From IMG/VR virus record IMGVR_UViG_3300037851_000452, positions 41,846 through 105,845 of that record: a stretch of 64,000 nucleotides of DNA; one strand, 5' to 3'. The notes under the pieces are model-generated. The model had not been told where the DNA came from, searched no databases, and was given only the letters and a program-made list of their open reading frames with translations. A program made the translations under genes and the position numbers. The stretch is from a virus. This document shows, piece by piece, positions 47,109-56,694 of the stretch. The first letter of the stretch is position 1, and each line of letters begins with the position of its first letter.

Positions 47109-47781
47109 CTTCAACCCGACTGACCAGACGACTTCAAACGGTCTTGGAGGTAACGTGTTTAGAAGTATGTGTAGTGTTATCCCCGCAGGGTCTTGCGGAG
47201 TAGCAAAAGTAGTCCACGCCACGGTATCTAAAGAGGATGCTGAGCTAGACAGACTACAAGGACGACTACGCGGGCATGCCCCAGTAAGAGAGGGGCCTCT
47301 GTGTATGCTGTACGTCAAAAACGAGCTAATGATGTCCGACGGACCTAACGAGCATAGAACCAACTACGACGTGGTGGTTAAGTCTTTCGGAGATGTCCTA
47401 ATAGCCGGACTGGGTCTAGGAATGATAGTCGTACCTATCCTGAAAAAGCCTGTCGTAACGTCCGTAACCGTTATTGAGAAGTACAAGGACGTGGATGACC
47501 TAGTCACCCCGCACGTTCTTAAAGAAGCAGGTAGCAGCGCTGATAAGCTAAAAGTTATAGTAGACGATATCTACAACTGGGATCCACCAAAAGAAGCGAA
47601 GTACGACGTCATCTACTTCGACATATGGGCTTCTCAAAGCACAGACGACCTTGCGGGAATAACCCGGCTCAAAAGAAGATTTGCTAGTCGTCTAAAAAAA
47701 GGAGGATACCAGGCCGCGTGGAGAGAGAAAGAGCTTCGTGCTAGTAGGAGGCGTGAGGTAAGAGAGAAGCCTTGGTTCTAG
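47098..47781 (+). CDS. Class I SAM-dependent methyltransferase (spermidine-synthase-like)
   Basis: VLIAGLGLG, VTVIEK, YDVIYFDIW; true start may be a GTG/ATG after the GGAGG near 47146. Confidence 0.75.
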   Translation: MAAHFNPTDQTTSNGLGGNVFRSMCSVIPAGSCGVAKVVHATVSKEDAELDRLQGRLRGHAPVREGPLCMLYVKNELMMSDGPNEHRTNYDVVVKSFGDVLIAGLGLGMIVVPILKKPVVTSVTVIEKYKDVDDLVTPHVLKEAGSSADKLKVIVDDIYNWDPPKEAKYDVIYFDIWASQSTDDLAGITRLKRRFASRLKKGGYQAAWREKELRASRRREVREKPWF

Positions 47782-47799
47782 CTGATACCTGGAGGTTCT

Positions 47800-48084
47800 A
47801 TGCGCGCCGTTTTTCTCCTGGCACTTCTTGCATCCTGCTCGTCTATAGAGCAATACAACGCATCTAAAAGGCTTAAAGAGGTAGGGGGGTGCCCCTACTG
47901 CCCCCAGTGCGAACTTCTACAAAAGATGCACGAGTGTGTCCCCATAGTAAAAAAGGTAAGAGACTTCTGTGTCGTGTCCTCAAGCCACGGTTGCAGAAAC
48001 GCGTGCACAGAACTATTCGATTCCGAGTGCTCGGACTGCGCTCAATGGGACCAGCAGGTCATGTGCGAACGGACTGGCGGGTAG
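47800..48084 (+). CDS. Cys-rich lipoprotein
   Basis: LLASC lipobox, many Cys. Confidence 0.55.
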   Translation: MRAVFLLALLASCSSIEQYNASKRLKEVGGCPYCPQCELLQKMHECVPIVKKVRDFCVVSSSHGCRNACTELFDSECSDCAQWDQQVMCERTGG

Positions 48085-48103
48085 AGTCTAGAAAGGAACT
48101 ACG

Positions 48104-48367
48104 GTGGAAAGGTCAATCTACACGGCCCTACGTGCTAAGCTAAAAAGAGAGGTAGAGGCCCAAGCCAAGACGAATCGAGTGGCTATATGGCCGCAAGGAA
48201 GCATACCCGTAAAGATGGGTAACAGGATTATGGTAGTCTCTGTTCAAGAACAAATAAGAGCCTGGCCTGAGTTGATGAAGGACTTGGGCCTGGTGCACGA
48301 TAGCAAGATGCAGGTTTGGACCATTCCAGGAAAAGGGTATAGGGAAGAGGAACTTCTCAGGATATAG
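48104..48367 (+). CDS. Hypothetical protein
   Basis: AAGGA RBS, GTG start. Confidence 0.5.
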   Translation: MERSIYTALRAKLKREVEAQAKTNRVAIWPQGSIPVKMGNRIMVVSVQEQIRAWPELMKDLGLVHDSKMQVWTIPGKGYREEELLRI

Positions 48368-48372
48368 CAACT

Positions 48373-48700
48373 GACAAGCCTACCCGGCCCTTCCCGACCC
48401 CGAACTGGCCGCGTAACACGAGTCAAGCCGACGTGACATGACGACCCAAGATCAACGCGACCCGACAGACAAACCAAACTCATTGACTATACGTCCCCGC
48501 CCCTGCCCAGACATTGGACAAGCCACCACGGCCCTACCCACGGCATCGAGACTTGGGTATTCTAAAGGTGCGCCGAGGACGCTTCTTTTGACCGTAATCA
48601 ACCAGCTCAGGTCCTTGTGGATGGAACTCTGCCTCGGCGCACTTTTAATAAGACAACCCTCTTGACTACACATGCCGTGACGATGCACCCCTGCTCGGCC
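48373..48700 (+). repeat. Pentamer-periodic array interrupted by a hairpin RNA
   Basis: GACTA TACGT CCCCG CCCCT GCCCA GACAT TG / GACAA GCCAC CACGG CCCTA CCCAC GGCAT; followed by a GGCCTG/CAGGCC hairpin and T-tract. Confidence 0.75.
48558..48650 (+). ncRNA. Rod-like RNA with a degenerate SRP-domain-IV-like core
   Basis: 15-bp stem AAAGGTGCGCCGAGG/CCTCGGCGCACTTTT enclosing AACCAGCTCAGGTCC-TTGT-GGA. Confidence 0.35.
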
Positions 48701-48741
48701 TGACCAAGAGACAGGCCTCTTTACCAAAAAAAGGAGTTTAG

Positions 48742-49515
48742 ATGCGTACGTTTATCGCCTTAATGCTTTTCTGCTCCGTAGCTAGCGCGGAGAAGTCCAT
48801 GTACCTAACCGTCCCAGATGTAGAGTGCAAAACCTGCTCTCATCTGGTCCACATCCGGTATAGCGACAAGGTTACCGATGACATGCTAGCAGGGTTTGAG
48901 AACCTGGTGGTCTCTAAATCCCCCGACGAAAGAAATATGAATGCGGACAGGAGGACTCGTCCACTAAAAAATGAGCCCTCAATCGCAATCAGCGTTGTAG
49001 AGGAGGACGGAAACTTTCTCTGGAGCGTTCCTTCCGGATGGTATCCCAGTGATACGATCGGTCTCCTTACTAGGACCCCGCCCTCCCCTAAGGATGTGTC
49101 TAGGCTATACGACTACGAGGTTCATTGGTGGGGCATCAGTCTCTGGCTAGACCGTACGGAGGCGTGTTCTCTGTCTACGGCCGGTGCTGCGCTGTTCGCG
49201 GTATTCATGGGGCTTACGGTAGTGTGTCCGCCATGCGCTTTGGTGTCTTTTGCTTGTGGAGCTCAAGCCATGTGGCTAGGCCTCAATACTGGAAAGTACG
49301 GGGCCTATGTTGAAGTATCCTGGCTAGGGTTCTTGTTTTGGGCTGAGCCTATAGGGCCTGAGTTGACCGCCCAAGACGACTGCTTTGACGCCAATCCCCA
49401 CTTGGAATCTGAATCTTCTGGCTTGTCTTCCGAGCATTACCATGACCCGTCTGCGGCTCACGGAGTAGTTCATACGCCCCTGGGCACACAGGTCATACAC
49501 GCGAAAGGACTTTGA
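48742..49515 (+). CDS. Secreted/membrane hypothetical protein
   Basis: Signal peptide (ASA-EK) and a hydrophobic hairpin containing VCPPCALV. Confidence 0.6.
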   Translation: MRTFIALMLFCSVASAEKSMYLTVPDVECKTCSHLVHIRYSDKVTDDMLAGFENLVVSKSPDERNMNADRRTRPLKNEPSIAISVVEEDGNFLWSVPSGWYPSDTIGLLTRTPPSPKDVSRLYDYEVHWWGISLWLDRTEACSLSTAGAALFAVFMGLTVVCPPCALVSFACGAQAMWLGLNTGKYGAYVEVSWLGFLFWAEPIGPELTAQDDCFDANPHLESESSGLSSEHYHDPSAAHGVVHTPLGTQVIHAKGL

Positions 49516-49517
49516 TT

Positions 49518-49940
49518 ATGACGGTGAGCGCTATTCTTCTGTCTCTTTTCCTGAACACCCCCACGGACCCGTGCGGTATCGGATGTGTGTCTCGTTCCGG
49601 AAATCTCTTCACCGGATATTCGTATTCGGTAGAAGGCGGTGAGTCCCTATCAGAGGGAGACATTACCTGGGCGTTTGCCCGGTATCCTCTGCTCGACGAG
49701 CGGTTGAAACTGCATCAGACCGTTTGGGGAGTTCAGCTAGGCATTTCCATTGTCGGTGTATCGGCGTCTGGATACTACGTCTGGAAGGCCACGAACTCCA
49801 ACTACCGAAAGAACATGGACCGTGTCTATGCGATAGCCGGAACGTCACTAATCCTAAACGTGGCGTTGGGGTTGTTTCGCAACTACGTCTATGGTTCTTT
49901 GGGAGACGAGTACAATGTGCTCCTAGGGCAAGAGCAATAG
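49518..49940 (+). CDS. Membrane protein
   Basis: Signal peptide plus two transmembrane segments. Confidence 0.55.
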   Translation: MTVSAILLSLFLNTPTDPCGIGCVSRSGNLFTGYSYSVEGGESLSEGDITWAFARYPLLDERLKLHQTVWGVQLGISIVGVSASGYYVWKATNSNYRKNMDRVYAIAGTSLILNVALGLFRNYVYGSLGDEYNVLLGQEQ

Positions 49941-50072
49941 ACGAGCCACCGCATCACGATCAGTAACGAGCCCTAAAAGGAACAAACCAAACCAGCAGAC
50001 AAGCCGTTTTGGCCCACTCCATCCCAAAAGACGAGACATGTCGAGTCAAGACGTGTCACGAGACGTTACAAC
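49940..50072 (+). repeat. Pentamer-periodic array
   Basis: GACAA GCCGT TTTGG CCCAC TCCAT CCCAA AA / GACGA GACAT GTCGA GTCAA GACGT GTCAC GA (32-nt units). Confidence 0.75.
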
Positions 50073-50087
50073 TTAAAGGAGAAAGAT

Positions 50088-50267
50088 ATGACCAAGACAG
50101 TGGTAGAGCGGATCGACGATATGATTGCTAGCCTGGACGAGCTAAGAAAGGAGCTTCTCGAATTGAAAGATGCCTTCGAGGAAGCCTACAAGCAGAACCC
50201 CGACTCTGAGGTTCTTAAATCAGCAGTAGAGTCCTTGGACAGCCTAGAGAAATCCATCCTAGGCTGA
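50088..50267 (+). CDS. Small acidic coiled-coil protein (59 aa)
   Basis: AAGGAG RBS; MTKTVVERIDDMIASLDELRKEL... Confidence 0.6.
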   Translation: MTKTVVERIDDMIASLDELRKELLELKDAFEEAYKQNPDSEVLKSAVESLDSLEKSILG

Positions 50268-50280
50268 TAACAACACCAAC

Positions 50281-50314
50281 GGGCCCTCCCGATTCAGGGA
50301 GGGCCCATTCTTTT
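50281..50314 (+). terminator. Intrinsic terminator
   Basis: GGGCCCTCCC-GATTCA-GGGAGGGCCC then ATTCTTTT. Confidence 0.7.
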
Positions 50315-50324
50315 AGGAGAACAC

Positions 50325-50555
50325 ATGTCTGACACGATCAAAGAAGAGGTGTGCAGGGAGATTGAAAAGCTGAACAAGCACCTGAGAGAGCTGACGATGA
50401 TACTGGAGGACTTGAACTCCTCCAGCTATGTGAGAGTACAAGTGGCCACTAGGGCCTACTTCAACTACGTGTCAGAAAATAAGGCCACAACCGTCATACC
50501 GAATCCCTGGTCGAATCTTCAACCCTGCAACCTTCCTCTAGGCGTGTGTCCGTAA
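50325..50555 (+). CDS. Hypothetical protein
   Basis: AGGAG RBS. Confidence 0.5.
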   Translation: MSDTIKEEVCREIEKLNKHLRELTMILEDLNSSSYVRVQVATRAYFNYVSENKATTVIPNPWSNLQPCNLPLGVCP

Positions 50556-50663
50556 ACAGACAACCGCAGATCAACTCTAGAAACGGCCTACTAAAAATAT
50601 TGCAGGCTGAAAAGATATAAGTCTGTTGACGGAGTTCTAACGTAGCCCTGAGGAAGGAAAAAC

Positions 50664-50951
50664 ATGCTGGAAGAAAAAACTCTAGAAACAGCCCAAAAAT
50701 GCCTTGCCCTGCGAAAGAGAAAGAACGCATCCAAAATCCTGTTTCGTAGTATTGGATACCACTCAGCGGTTTCCGAATACGAGGGCGCACTCAAAGATCT
50801 CTGCGAGACTAAAGAAGTGTCTCCCGTGGTCAGGAAGATTGGCAGCCTCTTTGGAGGCTGTGAGAACAAAAAAGAGTTCGAGCAGTGTGGTCAAATACTA
50901 GACATGCTCTACGAGCACTTTTCTTCATATATCAGGAACCTAGTCAGCTAA
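50664..50951 (+). CDS. Hypothetical protein
   Basis: AGGA RBS. Confidence 0.5.
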   Translation: MLEEKTLETAQKCLALRKRKNASKILFRSIGYHSAVSEYEGALKDLCETKEVSPVVRKIGSLFGGCENKKEFEQCGQILDMLYEHFSSYIRNLVS

Positions 50952-51047
50952 GAGTCTTGTTTACTCGGAGGTTACTACCATCGAGCATTCCGTTCCGACT
51001 GGCCTCTATGGTAGTAACCTCTCAGTCTAAAAACAAAAAGGAATCAC

Positions 51048-51473
51048 ATGCCGCGCGTAGCTCTTATTACGGAGGAAAGGGTCATTCAGGAGCTCTCCTC
51101 CTTCCCTAAGCACAACAAGAACACCGCTGGTTTCTGCCTAAAAAGCCAAACAGTGTGTTGGACAAACGGCGCCGTGGCGGTTCGGTGGAATCGAACTCAG
51201 AACTCGCATAATCTTCTGGCAGGACAAGAAGTCTTCGAGATGGATTTCGATAAGCTACTTCCGCAAGAAGACGAGCCGACGTCCTCCGTAGGACTGGACG
51301 TGTATATGACGTATAAGATTCTTAAGATCGTTGGAGCTCAAAGGGGCTTCATCTACCACGTGGGGAGTAACTACATCGTTAGGGTAGAGCCAGCCTGGGA
51401 GATAGACGGGCAAAGCGTAGTTCAAGAAGTAGACGTCGTCGTGGCCGGGATCGTCCACGATCCAGGTCATTAG
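51048..51473 (+). CDS. Hypothetical protein, weakly beta-clamp-like
   Basis: WTNGAVAV, DFDKLLP, VGLDVY. Confidence 0.45.
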   Translation: MPRVALITEERVIQELSSFPKHNKNTAGFCLKSQTVCWTNGAVAVRWNRTQNSHNLLAGQEVFEMDFDKLLPQEDEPTSSVGLDVYMTYKILKIVGAQRGFIYHVGSNYIVRVEPAWEIDGQSVVQEVDVVVAGIVHDPGH

Positions 51474-51523
51474 AAGGTAAAAGTTTTTACCTTACCCAAC
51501 TGCTCGAAAGTAGGTAGTTTTTC

Positions 51524-51757
51524 ATGCCAGAGCAAGAAAGCCTGTTCGACAGAATCGAGGCCTTGAAGTCAGCCGGTCAGATAAGCGATAGAGGTGACCA
51601 GGAAGCTGCCCTGAACGCCCTATCGCATGTTAGGGAGATGGTTCGTAGTCTGTCCCAAGAGCTGGACAGCATTCACGAGTATCTGAGCAGCAGGGAGCTT
51701 ACCAAGCAAGAAGTAGTTGTGATTAACGAGCTGGTAGAAGACCTGTTGGGGCTATGA
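51524..51757 (+). CDS. Hypothetical protein
   Basis: 77 aa helical ORF. Confidence 0.5.
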   Translation: MPEQESLFDRIEALKSAGQISDRGDQEAALNALSHVREMVRSLSQELDSIHEYLSSRELTKQEVVVINELVEDLLGL

Positions 51758-51972
51758 CCGAAGAAAGAACGTGCGACCCTGATTGCTGGTGCCACCTATG
51801 CCAGCGCGCGGCTCAGCAGTTGTGTGAGCCGAAGACAAACCAATCCACTACTAGAGAAAGAGTTAGCGTGTCCAAGCGGATTCGGGATAGCTGGAGCTCT
51901 ACCTGTCTTGCTCTCTCTTCAACGGTTAAGCAGCTCTGGAAAGAGATAGACAGCCTAGGAGAGGATCCATAA
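51754..51972 (+). CDS. Hypothetical protein
   Basis: ATGA-coupled; CDPDCWCHLC. Confidence 0.45.
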   Translation: MTEERTCDPDCWCHLCQRAAQQLCEPKTNQSTTRERVSVSKRIRDSWSSTCLALSSTVKQLWKEIDSLGEDP

Positions 51973-52210
51973 GACAAAGCGAGCCATCCCGGAACATCCA
52001 AGACGCCCCATATGGACACCACACGACAAGCCATCCACACTCAAACGACTACTCATTTCTCCCCAACTGCGTCCCTCCCCATTAGACAACCCCTCTCACT
52101 ACGCCACGCCGCTACCCCATCCGTCAGACACCCCCGACCCGAACGCTGCTGACCTGGTCGAATAGACTACACATGGCGCCCCGTAACCCCGCATTCCTCA
52201 ATGACCCGCC
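51973..52210 (+). repeat. Pentamer-periodic array
   Basis: 52085: GACAA CCCCT CTCAC TACGC CACGC CGCTA CCCCA TCCGT CA (8/8 C3); followed by a GGTGGGGAGG/CCTCCCCACC hairpin. Confidence 0.8.
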
Positions 52211-52242
52211 TGGTGGGGAGGTTATTCCTCCCCACCTAATCA

Positions 52243-52271
52243 GAAATTCTTTCTTAGGTTTTAGGTATAAG
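52243..52271 (+). promoter_or_regulatory. Phage promoter GAAAT-N16-GGTATAAG
   Basis: Motif copy. Confidence 0.6.
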
Positions 52272-52308
52272 AATGTTGGTAATCTACAACATTACTTAGG
52301 GGTAAAAG

Positions 52309-52686
52309 ATGCATGAGATGAGTGAGATGAGCGAGTGCGTTGACGCGGTACGCGGCTTGTACAACGACACGCACTCGGAAGCGGACGATGCCCGTAACGC
52401 GATGCGGAAGGCCGTAGAGGCTGCCGAGAAGGCAGAGACCTTCGCCAACCTGTCAGAAGAGCTCTACCAGCAAAGGAAGCCCTCTCCGATAGAGAGTTCT
52501 TTGGCCGCTTTTCTTACCGCGGCCACCGATCTGATGTCCCAGTTGGGACCAGTGGTGGTGGAGAAAGTGGAGTGGAGCCGCCCAACCCAAAAGGTGTGGA
52601 AAGAGCTGCTCTCGTCTCTACCAGAAGACAAAGAGAGGCGCTGTGAGGCTCTGGTAGAACTTCTTGAAAAGCTACAGTGGAAGTAG
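52309..52686 (+). CDS. Hypothetical protein
   Basis: 125 aa after the promoter. Confidence 0.55.
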   Translation: MHEMSEMSECVDAVRGLYNDTHSEADDARNAMRKAVEAAEKAETFANLSEELYQQRKPSPIESSLAAFLTAATDLMSQLGPVVVEKVEWSRPTQKVWKELLSSLPEDKERRCEALVELLEKLQWK

Positions 52687-52696
52687 CCAAAAAAGT

Positions 52697-52725
52697 GCAA
52701 TAATCCGCCTTTTTCTAGGTATAAG
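52697..52725 (+). promoter_or_regulatory. Phage promoter GCAAT-N16-GGTATAAG
   Basis: Motif copy. Confidence 0.6.
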
Positions 52726-52746
52726 AATCTGGAAAGGAGGTGGGTT

Positions 52747-52995
52747 ATGGTGACTCACCGAATCCCGGCCGAGATCGGCCGTGTCCTCGGTCTTCGGACC
52801 GGGGACACGGCCCATATCGCGCGCTGCCGTAACGAATACGGCACGCCGTATAGGACGTTGGTCTCCCGCTCGCCCATCGAGCGGGAGACGTTCTCCCTCG
52901 GCGCGTCCATCGACGCGTCGAAGCTCGTCGAGGTGGAGCTCGACGAGCACCTCCCCGCCTACGGGGAGGTTTGGGATCAGTGGGGAACCACTTGA
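52747..52995 (+). CDS. Hypothetical protein (single-gene cassette)
   Basis: AAAGGAGGT RBS; followed by a GGAGTGGTATGGCT/AGCCATACCACTCC hairpin. Confidence 0.6.
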   Translation: MVTHRIPAEIGRVLGLRTGDTAHIARCRNEYGTPYRTLVSRSPIERETFSLGASIDASKLVEVELDEHLPAYGEVWDQWGTT

Positions 52996-53098
52996 TCCCA
53001 AACAGGAGTGGTATGGCTAGAACAGCCATACCACTCCGATTATTAGCCCAGGAGGACCTGTGGCCTACAAAACCACTAGATTCGCCAAGGAGAATTAG

Positions 53099-53959
53099 AT
53101 GAAGAGCTCCATCTGCTTTTACCACGCCGCTGATAATGACGGCACGCTGTCTGGATACATAGTAACAAAAAAACTCCTCCATAGGGGAAAAGCGTTCCAC
53201 CGAGTAGGGGTCAACTATGGGGACCCAATACCTGAACCACTACTCTCCCCAGGTACCTTCGACCAGGTGTTCATAGTGGACTTCTCGTGGAAACGAGACG
53301 AGATGGCCAAAATAGCAAAGAACAGCCATCTGATATGGATTGACCACCATAGAACGGCCATTACCGACTACCGAGACAACCCTTTCGCATGCACCACGGT
53401 GCTTGATGAAACGCGGGCCGCGTGCGAGCTGACGTGGGGGTTTTTATGGCCCGAAATAGAGACACCGAAAATTGTTCAGGCAGTAGGAGCCTGGGATATC
53501 AAAAGATGGAAAGATATCTCGGAGAAAGAAGCTACTGCCTCCCATTTTGCCATCAAAAAGGTTGGGCCAGCATGCGGCCCCGACTGGGAGTATTTTCTCG
53601 ACCCAAACAACTGGAACAGCATTCAAGAGACCGGAGAGCTCATCTCTGAATGGGTCGAGTCAGAAAACAAGAGAAGGTCTAGCCAGGCCCACCGCGTTTT
53701 TTGGGAAGGAAGATTCTGGATGGTTCAACTTGGTACGCCAGTACCCGTAGAAACAATGTGGGAACACTGTCCAGGAAACTACTCGGGCCTCATAGGCGTC
53801 AACTTCATCAAGGACTCTTGGGTAATCTCTCTGCGTCGGATTCCTGGAGAGTCTATGGACCTAGGACTGATTGCCAAAAAGTATGGGGGCGGAGGTCATC
53901 CTGCCGCAGCGGGATTCCGAATGTCCGAACTCCCCAGTGAGCTGTTCAAGCCTGTGTGA
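53099..53959 (+). CDS. DHH/DHHA1 phosphoesterase (NrnB/oligoribonuclease-like)
   Basis: YHAADNDG, IVDFS, WIDHH, SLR, YGGGGHPAAAGF. Confidence 0.88.
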   Translation: MKSSICFYHAADNDGTLSGYIVTKKLLHRGKAFHRVGVNYGDPIPEPLLSPGTFDQVFIVDFSWKRDEMAKIAKNSHLIWIDHHRTAITDYRDNPFACTTVLDETRAACELTWGFLWPEIETPKIVQAVGAWDIKRWKDISEKEATASHFAIKKVGPACGPDWEYFLDPNNWNSIQETGELISEWVESENKRRSSQAHRVFWEGRFWMVQLGTPVPVETMWEHCPGNYSGLIGVNFIKDSWVISLRRIPGESMDLGLIAKKYGGGGHPAAAGFRMSELPSELFKPV

Positions 53960-53977
53960 GGCAACGGCCAGCCAAAA

Positions 53978-54173
53978 GACAAACCGAACTCGACCCTTCC
54001 GACTGACAGAACACACCACTTCGGTTCACGACAGTCCTCGACACATCAAAAGACGAGTCTCGACGTTCCAATACGACCCAATACGAATAGACTGGCCAAG
54101 ACTTCGCAAGACCTGACACGCCGAAAAGACAAGTAGACTCTTCTGCCCTTGCCGCCCCAAGCCCGTAATGACG
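53978..54173 (+). repeat. Pentamer-periodic array
   Basis: 54052 GACGA GTCTC GACGT TCCAA TACGA CCCAA TACGA ATA / 54090 GACTG GCCAA GACTT CGCAA GACCT GACAC GCCGA AAA (38-nt units). Confidence 0.8.
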
Positions 54174-54221
54174 TAATGTCCGGGTCATTACATAGCGACC
54201 CGGACATTACAAGGAGGATTC

Positions 54222-54698
54222 ATGCTACGCACAGCTTACGACGTCGTTGGAGATGTTTTAAGGGACTATGTCTCGGAAGCGACAGAGAACCAAATCTTCC
54301 ATCAACTAGAGTACCTAAGACCAACTTTCATTGCCGGCAAGTACGTTCTAAAAGACCTAGGCGACTTCTACGACACCGATGAGGGGTGGAACGGACGTGC
54401 CTTCTTCTTGGGGCCTTTTGCCAATAAAGAACCGGAGCTGATTCCAAAGATACAGCTTGCCCTCCGATTCTTTATCGACGACCAGGTACGTGACCTAAGA
54501 ATACGTACGGCCGCCGCTATGCGAAAGATGTTATCCCTTAAGATTCCCCCCACCTCCCTGTGGCTCAACCAGAAAGAACACTACCCCGTTGAAAAAGACC
54601 TTCTAGGCCTACAGGTAAAATACCACTCCGAAAAAGAAGAGTTCGTAGCGTCATTGGAGTACGGGCGCATAGTCCTTCTTGAACAACCAGGAACCTAA
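54222..54698 (+). CDS. Hypothetical protein
   Basis: AAGGAGG RBS directly after a palindrome copy. Confidence 0.6.
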   Translation: MLRTAYDVVGDVLRDYVSEATENQIFHQLEYLRPTFIAGKYVLKDLGDFYDTDEGWNGRAFFLGPFANKEPELIPKIQLALRFFIDDQVRDLRIRTAAAMRKMLSLKIPPTSLWLNQKEHYPVEKDLLGLQVKYHSEKEEFVASLEYGRIVLLEQPGT

Positions 54699-54721
54699 TC
54701 GGCTCCCAGTGGAGACCACAC

Positions 54722-55090
54722 ATGTACTTTAAAAAAGAGGTCGAAGAGCTAATGGAAGCCGTAGGAGGTCTTGATAGAATCCTCAATCGCTATTTCAAAG
54801 CGATACAAAGAGTCCAAAATGACTTAGAAGAGACCGAGTTCCGAGAGGAGGTGTCGGTAGACCTAAACGAGCATAACTTCCAGCTCAGCTGGGCGACCCA
54901 TAAGGGAGAGTGGAAAATACTCTACAAAGATTCTACGTCCAAAGACGCGTACCCGCTCCTGAACGCTGAATGCGACGTCCAGGCCAAGGCCGCAAGGCAC
55001 GTAAGACTGCTCATTAAAGAGATGGCCAAACGCGTCAGAGAAAAGTCAGAGCGGTTGAATGCCCTCGGGACTGAGGATGAGCTTCTATAA
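54722..55090 (+). CDS. Hypothetical protein (paralogue of next)
   Basis: LSW...EWKI...LL...AARHV.LL. Confidence 0.55.
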   Translation: MYFKKEVEELMEAVGGLDRILNRYFKAIQRVQNDLEETEFREEVSVDLNEHNFQLSWATHKGEWKILYKDSTSKDAYPLLNAECDVQAKAARHVRLLIKEMAKRVREKSERLNALGTEDELL

Positions 55091-55095
55091 ACAAC

Positions 55096-55488
55096 ATGGA
55101 ACCGCATAGGTTCCTAGTAGGAAGTACCATGTCTCTGAATGAAGACCTTGAGTCACTTAAGAAGGCAACGAAAGAACTCCAGACGTTCTATCAGAAAGTG
55201 GATAAGGAGATTGGTGACTTAGAAGAAGCCATCCGCTATATCAACCCCGGAGTAGCGGCTTCAGTAGATACCGATGAGAGCTTTAGCATAGGATGGAGTT
55301 TCGACAGTAACCGCGGATGGAGAATAACTTTCCTCCAAAGCGGCTATAACGAGACCAACCTTCTGTCTAAGGATGAGTTGACCAAGATACGGGCCATTCG
55401 ACACCTACCCAAACTGGTCAAGCAGTTGACGGCTAACGTTAAGTTGCGACTGCTAGAGGCCGTAAACTGCCTACAAGGTCTTCTTTAA
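55096..55488 (+). CDS. Hypothetical protein (paralogue of previous)
   Basis: IGW...GWRI...LL...AIRHL.KL. Confidence 0.55.
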   Translation: MEPHRFLVGSTMSLNEDLESLKKATKELQTFYQKVDKEIGDLEEAIRYINPGVAASVDTDESFSIGWSFDSNRGWRITFLQSGYNETNLLSKDELTKIRAIRHLPKLVKQLTANVKLRLLEAVNCLQGLL

Positions 55489-55504
55489 TACGGAGCGGTA
55501 CCCC

Positions 55505-55750
55505 ATGCCTATCAGATTCACGGACGAGGTTGTCGTATCGTACGGAAAGATCTTGTTCAGAGAGAAAAGGGAGGAAGAATCCATCGAGGAGTACAGAAAG
55601 GCTCTTGCGGACGACCAAGAGTCTAAGGACGTGATTCAAGCCCACGAAATACGAACGGGCAAACCCTGGGATGAGTGGGGACCGGAAGAGTTTAACTACC
55701 GGAGGTTTTACAATATGGCATCTATCTCGAAATTGGACATCCCAAAGTAG
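55505..55750 (+). CDS. Hypothetical protein
   Basis: GGAG RBS. Confidence 0.5.
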   Translation: MPIRFTDEVVVSYGKILFREKREEESIEEYRKALADDQESKDVIQAHEIRTGKPWDEWGPEEFNYRRFYNMASISKLDIPK

Positions 55751-55762
55751 GGAGAACCCCTT

Positions 55763-56059
55763 ATGACCATTCAAGTAGACGGTGTAAGCGAGCCTGTTAA
55801 CTACAACGTCAAGCCGGCCGATATCAGAGAGCCGGATATGGGCGCAAAGGCAGTCACCAAGGAACATCTGGCTGCTCTAGACGCGCAGCTAGACTTGGTT
55901 GCTGTGTCTCTTCAAGAAAGAAACCAGCGCTCGATGTGCGTTAACGGCTGTGGAGAGCCTGTGTGCCCGCCGAGCAAGGTTATCTGCAGAAAGTGCCAGG
56001 ACAGAATAACCAATATTCTCATGGCCTTGGCTAATGACCCGGACATTAGGAATGACTAG
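55763..56059 (+). CDS. Zn-finger hypothetical protein
   Basis: CVNGC...CRKC. Confidence 0.5.
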   Translation: MTIQVDGVSEPVNYNVKPADIREPDMGAKAVTKEHLAALDAQLDLVAVSLQERNQRSMCVNGCGEPVCPPSKVICRKCQDRITNILMALANDPDIRND

Positions 56060-56603
56060 CGACGAGTCTGGACATGCCACGACGTCTTGAACCGAGACGT
56101 AGACAAACCAATTTGACAAGACGAGACGTCATACGGCATTTCAACCCCTGTAGACGATGCGTCCCGAGACTGGCCAAGACGATACGGGCCCGTTTACAGA
56201 AACCGGGTCGTAATGACCTGGACATTGACAAACCAACGCAAGTGACAAGCCGAAGCGAGACGCCCTCAGCCTATCCTTTTCGCCGGACGCTACGTGCCAG
56301 AAGCTTCCCGCCCCCTTAAGACAATACGTGACCGCACGCCATAGCTCCAACCGTCTAGACTATCCTGGCCCCCCCGTAACCTGCCTTAACGTTAGACGTC
56401 CCTAGACGATCTGTCTCGTCTCAGACCCCACCGACTATCCTGGCCACATCGAGACTAACCACCCCAAACGACCTGCCGCGAAGGCCGCCCCCTCCCGTGA
56501 TGACTAGCCATCCCAAGACATCCCAAGACACCACCACCGGACATCACAGACCCCGTCCCGCCGCGTCCGTTACACTCTGACTTCCCGCCACGATTCCTTA
56601 CGC
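56054..56603 (+). repeat. Longest pentamer-periodic array (about 550 nt)
   Basis: e.g. 56358 GACTA TCCTG GCCCC CCCGT AACCT GCCTT AACGT TA (37 nt); GACTA GCCAT CCCAA GACAT CCCAA GACAC CACCA. Confidence 0.82.
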
Positions 56604-56604
56604 G

Positions 56605-56633
56605 AACAAATCACAAAGGCCTTTAGGTATAAG
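56605..56633 (+). promoter_or_regulatory. Phage promoter AACAA-N16-GGTATAAG
   Basis: Motif copy followed by an AGAGCTCAGGC/GCCTGAGCTCT leader hairpin. Confidence 0.55.
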
Positions 56634-56694
56634 TAGTGTGAAGAGGAAGAGCTCAGGCAATATCGCCTGAGCTCTAACCTCAAAGGAGGACAGG

